Origin: an uncultured Candidatus Saccharibacteria bacterium
GTDB lineage: Bacteria > Patescibacteriota > Minisyncoccia > UBA6257 > WO2-44-18
NCBI GenBank assembly: GCA_964355005.1
Contig: CAYHBX010000001.1
Coordinates: forward strand, 1 to 63,759
Direction: 5' to 3'
DNA: 63,759 nucleotides
Shown here: piece by piece, positions 45,999-54,302 of the stretch
How positions within the stretch are numbered: the first letter of the stretch is position 1
Layout of the letters: each line of letters opens with the position of its first letter
The notes under the pieces: model-generated
Databases searched by the model: none
What the model saw: the letters and a program-made list of their open reading frames with translations, nothing else
Told to the model about the DNA's origin: nothing
Made by a program: the position numbers and the translations under genes

Positions 45999-47141
45999 CT
46001 ACTTTAACAATTTTGCCCTATTGGTTTGTTCCCACGGCAGGTCTATATCTGTTCGACCAAAATGCCCATAAGCGGCGGTCTGTAAGTAAATCGGACGAAG
46101 CAGGTTCAAATCTCTGATTATTGCCGCCGGGCGGAAATCAAAAACTCGACTTACTATATCAGCAATTTTATTATCTGACAACTTCCCGGTGCCGAAAGTG
46201 TTGACGTTGAACGCCAATGGCCGGCTCATGCCGATAGCGTAGGCAACCTTCACTTCTGCTTTGTCGGCTAGGCCGGCGGCAACGATATTCTTGGCAGCCC
46301 AACGCATGGCGTAGGCCGCGGAGCGGTCCACTTTGCTCGGATCCTTGCCGGAGAACGCGCCGCCGCCGTGTTTGGCCATGCCGCCGTAGGTATCTACAAT
46401 AATTTTTCGCCCGGTAAGTCCGGTGTCGCCTGCCGGGCCACCAATCACGAACCGTCCCGTTGGATTAACGAATATCTCGGTGTTTTTGGTCATTAAATTT
46501 TTTGCAACGACCGGCCTAATCACTTTTTCGATCAACGCTTTTCGCAGTTGCTCGCCGGAAAAATCCGGATGATGCTGAGTAGAAATTAAAATATTTTTTA
46601 GGTGATGCGGTTTGCCATCGCGGTATTCAACCGTGACTTGTGTCTTACCGTCGGGCCGGAGATGGGGGAGTGTGCCGCCTTTTCTGACTTGAGAAAGTTT
46701 CAAGGCGAGCGCGTGCGCGAGAGCAATCGGTAGAGGCATCAGAGTTTTTGTTTCGTTGCAGGCGTAACCGTACATCATTCCTTGGTCTCCGGCACCCTGC
46801 TCCATCGGATCTTTTTGATCCACGCCCATCGCGATGTCCGGCGATTGCCGATTGATCATCAGGGTGATTTTTACCTTTTTGGCGTCCAATCCTTTTTCAA
46901 CGCTGTCATAGCCGATATTTTTTATAACTTGCCGGGCTACCTTTTCCGCGTCAACTTTGCCTTTGGAGGTAATTTCTCCGCCGATCACTAATTGGTCATT
47001 GCAGGCAAAAGTTTCGCAGGCGACCCGTGATTTCGGGTCCTGCGCTAAATAAGCGTCCAAAATGGCGTCACTAATCTGATCGCAGACTTTATCCGGATGA
47101 CCTTCAGTTACCGATTCCGATGCAAGATAATCTATTTTCAT
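45999..47141 (-). CDS. metK: S-adenosylmethionine synthetase
   Basis: [18 protein letters not shown] start and [19 protein letters not shown]. Confidence 0.95.
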   Translation of the reverse strand: MKIDYLASESVTEGHPDKVCDQISDAILDAYLAQDPKSRVACETFACNDQLVIGGEITSKGKVDAEKVARQVIKNIGYDSVEKGLDAKKVKITLMINRQSPDIAMGVDQKDPMEQGAGDQGMMYGYACNETKTLMPLPIALAHALALKLSQVRKGGTLPHLRPDGKTQVTVEYRDGKPHHLKNILISTQHHPDFSGEQLRKALIEKVIRPVVAKNLMTKNTEIFVNPTGRFVIGGPAGDTGLTGRKIIVDTYGGMAKHGGGAFSGKDPSKVDRSAAYAMRWAAKNIVAAGLADKAEVKVAYAIGMSRPLAFNVNTFGTGKLSDNKIADIVSRVFDFRPAAIIRDLNLLRPIYLQTAAYGHFGRTDIDLPWEQTNRAKLLK

Positions 47142-47303
47142 CCCGTTTAGAAGTAAAACAAACTAGGACCTTTTTCTAATACTAGAATAGATGAGATAAA
47201 ATTTTTCTTGTAGTTAATCATAATAATGTGAACTTCTAACGGGATTCATACCTAAATTCTAAACTTTCAGATTTAAACTTTCAACCTCCATCCCGCTGTG
47301 CCG

Positions 47304-47434
47304 CCCCGGTAGGAATCGCCTCTCGCCCTGCTGGGCTCGAAACCTACGCCCCCTCTTCGGGGGCTGCGGCCCGCGGTTCGATTCCACAGAAAACATGAAA
47401 TCTAAAACAGGGCATATGCCCTGTTTTAGATTTA
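47304..47434. repeat. tRNA-flanking module, copy B
   Basis: Same architecture as 45764-45895, with compensatory stem changes. Confidence 0.75.
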
Positions 47435-47506
47435 TGCCCCCGGTAGGAATCGAACCTACATCTCCTGGTTCGAAGCCAGGTATTCTAACCATTGTACTAC
47501 AGGGGC
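47435..47506 (-). tRNA. tRNA-Arg (anticodon TCG)
   Basis: Hand-folded on the minus strand: loop CTTCGAA, T-loop TTCGATT. Confidence 0.85.
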
Positions 47507-47546
47507 GAACCCTAAAATCTACCTAATTCTAGCACTTTCTTTGCCT

Positions 47547-47574
47547 ATTGACAAATCCTGTGGGTTTGCTATAA
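47547..47574 (+). promoter_or_regulatory. near-consensus promoter (back to back with the tRNA-Arg promoter)
   Basis: TTGACA, 16 nt, TGCTATAAT. Confidence 0.65.
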
Positions 47575-47580
47575 TGTGCG

Positions 47581-47957
47581 TGTTAGTTAAGAAGTAGCTC
47601 TTTCCAAAAAACCAGTCCTGTACTTCATATATCGCATCAATTTGGCGGAGCGAATTTCGAGAAAAATCCGCGACGCGAGGAATGTAGCATACAAGTGTAT
47701 GCGAGTGATGAGCAACAAAGAATTTTTCCAAAATTAGCCCGCCCCTTCGGGGAAGCTAAAAAAATGGGCAATTTCTTTGTTCGCTCACCTCGCCTTGCAT
47801 TTGCAAGGCTTCGGCTCGCTTCGCGAACTCGTCTCATTTTTTAGCTTCCAAATTGACGGGATGTATGAAGTACAGGACCATAAACATCAAATCTGTTTTT
47901 CCGCCATCACTTCGATGGCGGGCAGATTGATCTAATGAGTCATTTGAGGAGAGTAAG
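47581..47957 (+). ncRNA. long structured 5' leader or independent ncRNA (unclassified)
   Basis: A 15-bp closing helix (47614-47628 / 47863-47877), a roughly 20-bp imperfect helix around 47700-47722 / 47770-47790, and several local hairpins. No credible ORF. Confidence 0.45.
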
Positions 47958-48770
47958 ATGAGCGAGAACACGGGCAAGCTGGTGGAAGTTCGGGATGTGC
48001 CGCGTACGGCGGCGGAGTTGAAGGGCGAGGGCAAGGACCTCGCGAAGTTCCCGACGACGCCGCATCTCTGGGCGTTGATCATGGAGAAGCACTGCAAGCA
48101 TCTCCATGGCAAGTTCGGGGAGATGGCTGCCGCGAAGGTCGAGAAGGACCCCGACGGTGAGCAGATCACCCGGGCGGAGGGCGAACCGGTCGTGCTGGCC
48201 GAGCTCGAAAAGAGCCGCGCCGACCACGACAGCAAGGTCGCTGCCGAGGCGGCCCGGCAGGCCATCATCGATCGGCGTCCGGAGGACATCGATCAGGTGA
48301 CCTGCGCCTGCGGGTACATCTACCAGCCCAAGACGTGGGTCGCCACGATCGAGGACCGGAAGACGGGTGCGCTGAAGGCGATCACTCGGAAGACCGATCG
48401 CGGCGAGGAAGCTCGCCGGAACGGCGAATTCCGGATCGACGGAAGGGACGTCCTTCCGACCTGCGCCAAGTGCGCGCAGGCGATCGAGAGGGCTTACATG
48501 AACGCCCTCTACGAGGCGGCGAAGTCCATCGAGAGCCAGGACGAGAAGAAGGCGTTCATCGCGGAAGGGAAGCGTCTCTTCCACAAGATGAACGGCCGGA
48601 CGTATGACGACGCCAACACCGTCGTCGAGGCGATCAAGCGGGTCGCCGAGGAGCGGGATGAGAAGGCGAAGGGTCGTTCCGCCGCGGCCGAGAAGATCAC
48701 CAACCAGCTGCTCGGGACTCTCCGTAAGAGCCCGGGGCGCGGGATGCGGGATCTGAACCGTCGAAAGTAG
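47958..48770 (+). CDS. hypothetical protein with CxC...CxxC cluster (GC-rich cassette)
   Basis: ATG after GAGGAGAG; 270 aa; no family recognised. Confidence 0.6.
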   Translation: MSENTGKLVEVRDVPRTAAELKGEGKDLAKFPTTPHLWALIMEKHCKHLHGKFGEMAAAKVEKDPDGEQITRAEGEPVVLAELEKSRADHDSKVAAEAARQAIIDRRPEDIDQVTCACGYIYQPKTWVATIEDRKTGALKAITRKTDRGEEARRNGEFRIDGRDVLPTCAKCAQAIERAYMNALYEAAKSIESQDEKKAFIAEGKRLFHKMNGRTYDDANTVVEAIKRVAEERDEKAKGRSAAAEKITNQLLGTLRKSPGRGMRDLNRRK

Positions 48771-48777
48771 TGATGTG

Positions 48778-48815
48778 CCGCCGAGAGGAATTTTCTCTCG
48801 GCGGTTTTATTTTTC
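48778..48815 (+). terminator. intrinsic terminator
   Basis: ccgccgagag / ctctcggcgg plus a T-rich tail. Confidence 0.7.
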
Positions 48816-48823
48816 AAGAGGAT

Positions 48824-48852
48824 TTGACAGAATTATTACTATCTGCTATACT
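48824..48852 (+). promoter_or_regulatory. near-consensus promoter
   Basis: TTGACA, 17 nt, TGCTATACT. Confidence 0.65.
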
Positions 48853-48929
48853 CTCGGCAGAGTTGTTTGAAAATAAAAACCCATCCCATACAAATTGTCT
48901 GGGATAATTTCTCTCGAAAGGAGAAAGCC

Positions 48930-49781
48930 ATGAGCGTTCGTGAAGAGCTGGATAAGCTGGCAACGACGAAGTGGACTGATCCTCGGACCAATGAGGAGAA
49001 GACGGGGCATGCCCGGGCGCGCTTCACCGCGGCCAAAGGCGCCATCGCCCAGGCGTACAATCTGGAAAGCCGGATTCGTGAGCTTTCTCACGAAGCCATC
49101 GTCGCTTTCAAAGCGGGTGATGTGGTCGGCGCTGATGAACGGAAGTTGGCGATGGACGAGCTGTGGGAAAAAATGGCCGCCCTGGATCTTCCTGGGGATG
49201 TTGCCTGGCAACATGATGCCCAGGCCGCCCAGGAAAGAGGGGAGCTCTACGGGGTGCTCTGGTTGCATTCCAAGATCTTCGGCGGTCCGGAATCGGTCAT
49301 GCCTTCGGCGGAAACTCTTCGTATGACCATTCCCAGCTGGCTGGCCGGTCTTGCCGACGCGGTCACGGAGACTTCCAAATTGCTTCGCAAGAAGCTGCGT
49401 GGGCGTGACGTGAGTCGCGCGGAGAGAATTTCTCTTCGGGAAAAGTTCATTTCGGTCGCCGAAGAGGTGCTGGACTTCCTCAATCAGTTCGAGGATGTTC
49501 TCCCGATGCTGGTCAACAACAGCCGCTACCGCGGGTTCATGAATACCTTCCGTGGTGTGTTGGGACGGGTGGAGCGCTGCATCGAGATTCACGAGGAGGC
49601 CCTGGTCGCCATGCTGGATCGGATGGCGGCAGATGCTCCGGCCGTGGCCGAACCCTGTTCGTGCAAGGAACCGGTGAAGGCCCTCGGCTCGGATGTGAGC
49701 GAGCCGCCGTATGATCCTCCGGATCCGGTGGTGGCCGAAACCAAGGACGATTTCGACCCTCCGCACATGGAGTTGGACTAG
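48930..49781 (+). CDS. hypothetical protein, weakly translin-like (tentative)
   Basis: Start at the ATG after AAAGGAGAAAG. The WLAGLADAVTETSKLLRK segment resembles the GLxDxxGEL motif of translin-family proteins. Confidence 0.55.
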   Translation: MSVREELDKLATTKWTDPRTNEEKTGHARARFTAAKGAIAQAYNLESRIRELSHEAIVAFKAGDVVGADERKLAMDELWEKMAALDLPGDVAWQHDAQAAQERGELYGVLWLHSKIFGGPESVMPSAETLRMTIPSWLAGLADAVTETSKLLRKKLRGRDVSRAERISLREKFISVAEEVLDFLNQFEDVLPMLVNNSRYRGFMNTFRGVLGRVERCIEIHEEALVAMLDRMAADAPAVAEPCSCKEPVKALGSDVSEPPYDPPDPVVAETKDDFDPPHMELD

Positions 49782-49793
49782 GAGAAACAGACA

Positions 49794-49824
49794 CCCCCGC
49801 GCAAGTTGCGCGGGGGATTTTTTT
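49794..49824 (+). terminator. intrinsic terminator
   Basis: cccccgcgc-aagt-tgcgcggggg plus T7. Confidence 0.8.
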
Positions 49825-49867
49825 CCAATTTTCTTAGCGAGTATTCGAGCGGCTTGAGAATTGCGAA

Positions 49868-49916
49868 CCCCGCACCTACGAGAGGTGAGGGCGCTCACCT
49901 CTAACTAGGTGCGGGG
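49868..49916. repeat. long-form CCCCGCACCTA hairpin (copy 4)
   Basis: Inner stem GGTGAG-ggcg-CTCACC, followed by the D-loop-like TAAAGGTTTGGCAGCC. Confidence 0.85.
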
Positions 49917-49959
49917 TAAAGGTTTGGCAGCCAATCGCTACGCTCTTGGGCCAAGCCCT

Positions 49960-50946
49960 TTATTTCGCAAAGGGGTTCCTGGCTCCTCGGATTTCAAAAT
50001 GCAGATGACAGCCCGTCGGGCCGTGAACGTTGCCGGTGTTGCCGATGTTGGCGATGACATCGCCCTGGAGAACATAATCCCCGACCGATACCAAGTTTTT
50101 CTGCGTGTGCGCGTATTTAGTCACCGAGCCATTCGGATGCTCTATCTCCACATAACCGCCATAACCGTCATTCCAACCTGATAACTTTTCACCAATGACC
50201 AACCCTTCGGCGGAAGCATAAATAGAAGTACCGCAGGCATTGGCTATATCAACGCCGTTATAATAATGTAGCTTTCCCCAGTTCCAGCCGGTAGTTGGCA
50301 AAATGAAATAACCGGGATAGTTAGGGAGGTCGGCGATGGAAGCGCTGGCAAAAGTCTTCTTCGGTTTTGCTCCGGGAATAACCAACGAACTTCCTATTTT
50401 CAGACCGCTGGCGGAAATTTTATTAAACTGGGTAATTTTTGAGGAAGTTACTCCGTAAAATTCTGCCACCGAATCAATCGTTTCCCCCTCTTCAACCTGA
50501 TGCAGAACACCGGACACCGGAAGAATAACTACCTCCTGCCCCGGGCGGACGGTGTTGCCTAAACTGGCATTAGCCCAAAAAATAGTATTTAGAGAAATTC
50601 CAAAATTAGCGGCGATCTTAGAAAGTGAGTCGCCCTTCTGAACTTTATAAACGAGCAGGCCGTCGCGAGTCGGCAAGATTGTGCTTAGTGGATTGCCGGC
50701 ATTTAGCACCGAGTCGCCTTCTACTACTATGAAGCCGGCGGTCGCGTCTTGGTCGTCTGCCATCTGGAAATTATCTTCAAAAACCTGGCCGGCATAAAAG
50801 GAGTCTTCCTCCGCTCCCGCGGCATTAACCAGGCTGGCCAAAAAAGGCTCGCTCGGACTGATTGGGACGCGGGCATTTTTCGCTGTCACGAGGAAGTGAA
50901 GCCCGATTCCCATAATAACCAAAACAACCGGTAGTACGGTTGTCAT
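49960..50946 (-). CDS. LysM-domain M23 family peptidase
   Basis: Two LysM-like segments (YKVQKGDSLSKIA) and the HLHFEIR motif. Confidence 0.85.
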   Translation of the reverse strand: MTTVLPVVLVIMGIGLHFLVTAKNARVPISPSEPFLASLVNAAGAEEDSFYAGQVFEDNFQMADDQDATAGFIVVEGDSVLNAGNPLSTILPTRDGLLVYKVQKGDSLSKIAANFGISLNTIFWANASLGNTVRPGQEVVILPVSGVLHQVEEGETIDSVAEFYGVTSSKITQFNKISASGLKIGSSLVIPGAKPKKTFASASIADLPNYPGYFILPTTGWNWGKLHYYNGVDIANACGTSIYASAEGLVIGEKLSGWNDGYGGYVEIEHPNGSVTKYAHTQKNLVSVGDYVLQGDVIANIGNTGNVHGPTGCHLHFEIRGARNPFAK

Positions 50947-51000
50947 AGGGAGCTTATTTAAAATTGATTTAACCTTAAGAATACCTGTATAATATCACGA

Positions 51001-52839
51001 ATGGACAGAAATCTCAATGATAAGCAAAAAGAAGCCGTTGAGCATGAAGGCGGACCGATCCTTATCGCCGCCGGAGCCGGTTCGGGCAAAACTAAGACCC
51101 TAACCGCTCGCCTTGCTTACCTAATTGAAAAAGGCGCCGATCCAAGCAAAATAATCGCGATTACATTTACCAACAAAGCGGCGAAAGAAATGGCTGATAG
51201 GGTTACTTCGTTACTTGGTTCCTTGGTTGTTAGACAAAGAGCACCAACTAACCAACTAACCAAGCTACCTTTCCTTGGGACGTTTCATTCCCTCTGCGCC
51301 CGCATTTTGAAAGAGGAGGCGGCATTAGTGAGCAGGACATCCAATTTCACTATTTATGATGCTGATGACTCTTTGAGTCTGATAAAAAAAATAATGAAGG
51401 CGCTGGATATTTCCAAAGACACCATTAGTCCGGTGGCGATCCAAAACCGCGTTTCCCAGATCAAGAGCGAGATGCTTTCTTCCGAAGATTTTGACAAGAT
51501 CACTAAGAAGATATTTGAAAAATATGAAGCAACTTTAATTTCCAGCAATGCCTTTGATTTTGATGATCTGATCGTGAAAGCGGTAGAAATTTTTGAGAGA
51601 CATCCTAAAGTTCTGGAGAAATACCGGGGCCGCTTTAACTGGATATTAGTGGATGAATACCAGGATATTAATACCGCGCAGTATAAATTCATCCGTCTGC
51701 TTGCCGAGGAGCATCAGAATTTAAGCGTTGTCGGCGATGACCAGCAGGCAATTTATAGTTTCCGCGGGGCGGATTTTCGTAATTTTTTGAACTTTCAGAG
51801 CGATTGGCCGAAAGCCAGGATCGTTAAATTGGAGCAGAATTACCGGTCGGCGAGTAATATCATTGATGCCGCCTCCGCGTTGATGAAAAATAATAAATTA
51901 CAGACCCCGAAAACTCTTTGGACGGAGAACGCGGCCGGTGAACCGATCAAAATTTTGCGGGTTTCCGATCCGGAAGAAGAGGCGGCGATCGTGGCAAGCC
52001 AGATCGAGGCTACTCGGGACGTCTCGGTAGCGGTGTTGTACCGCACTAACGCCCAATCGCGCGCTATCGAGCAGGCGCTGATCGCCTCCAACGTTCCTTA
52101 TAAGATCTTCGGCGGACTGAAATTTTACGAACGTAAAGAGATCAAGGATCTAGTTGCCGGACTGCGGTTGGCGTCAAATCCCAGCGATTCGGTCAGCGCG
52201 GAAAGGATTTCTAAAAATTTTGATAAGAAAACCGCGCAATACCTCCTCGCGGAACTTCCCCGGCTGGGCGGCAAGCTGAATATTCTGGAGCTAATAAATT
52301 TTTTCATTGAAAATGCCAACTACATAGAATTTTTGGAAAAGGAATATAAGAATGCCCGGGAGAGGACGGAGAACGTAAATGAATTTATTGTTTTTGCCTC
52401 CACTTTCTCCTCCGGAGGAGGATCCGCCTCCGGCGGAAAAGACTTAGAGGAATTTTTGGAACGGATCTCTCTTTTGCAATCCACCGACTCCCCATCCAAA
52501 TCGTCGGTCGTCGGTCGTCAGTCGTTAGTCGCTCCGGTTTCTTTAATGACCATCCATATGGCGAAAGGGTTGGAGTTTGACAACGTATTCGTGATTGGTT
52601 GCGCGGATGGCATTTTACCGCACGAACGCTCTTACGGATCGCTGGATGACATAGAAGAAGAACGGCGACTAATGTACGTGGCAATGACCAGAGCGCGCAA
52701 AAAACTTTGGCTCACCCTTTCCGGAACGCCGTCGCGATTTTTATATGAACTTCCCGGGCATCTGACTGATTTCACCGACATCGCTTTGGGTAAGAAAGAT
52801 CTACCAGATGAGGATGAAATGTATATAAGCTACGAATAA
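51001..52839 (+). CDS. UvrD/PcrA-type superfamily 1 DNA helicase
   Basis: AGAGSGKTKTL, VDEYQDIN and the C-terminal YVAMTRARK motif. Confidence 0.9.
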   Translation: MDRNLNDKQKEAVEHEGGPILIAAGAGSGKTKTLTARLAYLIEKGADPSKIIAITFTNKAAKEMADRVTSLLGSLVVRQRAPTNQLTKLPFLGTFHSLCARILKEEAALVSRTSNFTIYDADDSLSLIKKIMKALDISKDTISPVAIQNRVSQIKSEMLSSEDFDKITKKIFEKYEATLISSNAFDFDDLIVKAVEIFERHPKVLEKYRGRFNWILVDEYQDINTAQYKFIRLLAEEHQNLSVVGDDQQAIYSFRGADFRNFLNFQSDWPKARIVKLEQNYRSASNIIDAASALMKNNKLQTPKTLWTENAAGEPIKILRVSDPEEEAAIVASQIEATRDVSVAVLYRTNAQSRAIEQALIASNVPYKIFGGLKFYERKEIKDLVAGLRLASNPSDSVSAERISKNFDKKTAQYLLAELPRLGGKLNILELINFFIENANYIEFLEKEYKNARERTENVNEFIVFASTFSSGGGSASGGKDLEEFLERISLLQSTDSPSKSSVVGRQSLVAPVSLMTIHMAKGLEFDNVFVIGCADGILPHERSYGSLDDIEEERRLMYVAMTRARKKLWLTLSGTPSRFLYELPGHLTDFTDIALGKKDLPDEDEMYISYE

Positions 52840-52873
52840 AAAACCGAGCACATAACTTATGTGCTCGGGTGGT

Positions 52874-54223
52874 TTAAAATGGGATATTTACTCCGGCAAA
52901 CCATCTAACGCCGCTAGTTCCTTCTTCTTCGAAATGAAGAGAGGAACCAACGATCTCGCGACGGAAAGTGTCGCCGTTTCCGTAGTATCCTTGAGCTCCG
53001 ACTTCGAGCCAGCGCAGCGCTTCATGTTCTCCGAAAAGCGCCAATGGACGTAAGGCGATCTCCGCCTCCGCCCATGTCCCGCCGGTATCAAAGTTTTTTA
53101 TTCCTTCTACCGAGGCCGAGAGCCAGCGGAAAACATTTCCCTCCAGCATCAGTCCCGCCTCTTGGCTACCGTCGGACAGCGATCGTTCGTAGCTGATATG
53201 CAGGGCATAATTTCGCCATGAGATCCGCTCGACTCCCTTAATGGTCGGTCCGTGCAGGGTGAGGTAGCTGTAGAAATCCGGCCAATTGATCCGGAAGTCT
53301 CCCAGTTCTAGCGCCAGCGGTTCTACCGCGTCATTGCCGGTAATCCAGTAATCAAACCAGGCGACCACGAACGAAACGGTGCTGTTGGAGAGCAACTTGG
53401 GGATCTGACTGGTGGACCGGATCTGATTTTTGTCCGTTTTGACCCCGGCACGCCCCAGATCTTTTATGTACAGCGAGATGTCGTCGCTTTTGCCGTCCAT
53501 GGAGTACATCACCGTTCCCGCCGAATTGACGAAAAAAGTGATCGCGTCCAGCGGATGAGCTTTTCCGCGCAAGGTCTTCAGCCCGACCATTTCCGCGTTG
53601 TATTGTTCCTGATTCAGACCGTCCCCGGTGATGAAAGCATTGTAGTATGCCTCATAACGCTGACGCTTTTTGTCGTTTTTGAATTTCTGAAATTCTTCCG
53701 TTGATTGACTGGCATACAGGAACTCGCCGGGAACAAAGGACTGGAGGGCGATCTGCCGGAAGGCGATACCCGGATCGGTAAAATATTCGGTCTGGTCGTC
53801 CAGTGAGGAAAGAAATCTTGGATTGTCCATTCCCGCCAAATTATAAGCGCGGAAGTGGCCGTATTCATGAGACGCGCCGGCAATCGGAATTTCTAGCAGG
53901 ATCAATGGCAGAGCAGAACCGAGCGAGCGGATCATTCTTTCCGCCGGGGTCTGATCCTTGGGGCGTGATCCCCAGATAAGCTTTCCGGCGGCAAAATTCA
54001 ATGTTTCGCAGCTGCTCAAAGTCAGACTGGTGATCAATGCCCGGCCATAGAGTCCGTCGTTGGCTGATGCGTCAAAATAAATACGCGCGCGGCCCTCGGG
54101 TCGGATGGCGAAACTATCGGGCTCAAAAATGGATGAAGTATCCTTTTCTTCTCCCAGCGCGAGGATCGGCATTGCAAGAACCAGCACCGTTACGAGCCCG
54201 CAGGCGGTCCGCTTATTCTTCAC
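52874..54223 (-). CDS. secreted HExxH protein with beta-rich C-terminal half ending in Phe
   Basis: Signal peptide, SHEYGH motif, alternating hydrophobic C-terminus ...GVNIPF. Confidence 0.5.
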   Translation of the reverse strand: MKNKRTACGLVTVLVLAMPILALGEEKDTSSIFEPDSFAIRPEGRARIYFDASANDGLYGRALITSLTLSSCETLNFAAGKLIWGSRPKDQTPAERMIRSLGSALPLILLEIPIAGASHEYGHFRAYNLAGMDNPRFLSSLDDQTEYFTDPGIAFRQIALQSFVPGEFLYASQSTEEFQKFKNDKKRQRYEAYYNAFITGDGLNQEQYNAEMVGLKTLRGKAHPLDAITFFVNSAGTVMYSMDGKSDDISLYIKDLGRAGVKTDKNQIRSTSQIPKLLSNSTVSFVVAWFDYWITGNDAVEPLALELGDFRINWPDFYSYLTLHGPTIKGVERISWRNYALHISYERSLSDGSQEAGLMLEGNVFRWLSASVEGIKNFDTGGTWAEAEIALRPLALFGEHEALRWLEVGAQGYYGNGDTFRREIVGSSLHFEEEGTSGVRWFAGVNIPF

Positions 54224-54302
54224 GGCTGTTCTCCTAAAGTAAATTTAAAGAAGCTGGCAAGAGTTTACAATAAATCTCGTCAAAAGTAAATAGCGCGATC
54301 CA

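Noticed and set aside
47581-47957. A retron msr/msd or an IscB/TnpB guide-RNA locus as an explanation for the structured leader.
   Set aside because: The flanking inverted repeat resembles retron a1/a2 pairing, but the downstream ORFs show no reverse-transcriptase, RuvC or HNH motifs.
47940-49898. Long antisense ORFs in the GC-rich cassettes (47940-48584 minus, 47834-48289 minus, 48846-49898 minus; similarly 5004-5474, 5477-5959, 5517-6005 plus and 56286-56885 minus).
   Set aside because: They are typical stop-poor shadow frames of GC-rich coding DNA. They lack an SD and promoter, overlap better-supported sense genes completely, and translate into Arg/Pro/Gly-rich low-complexity sequence.
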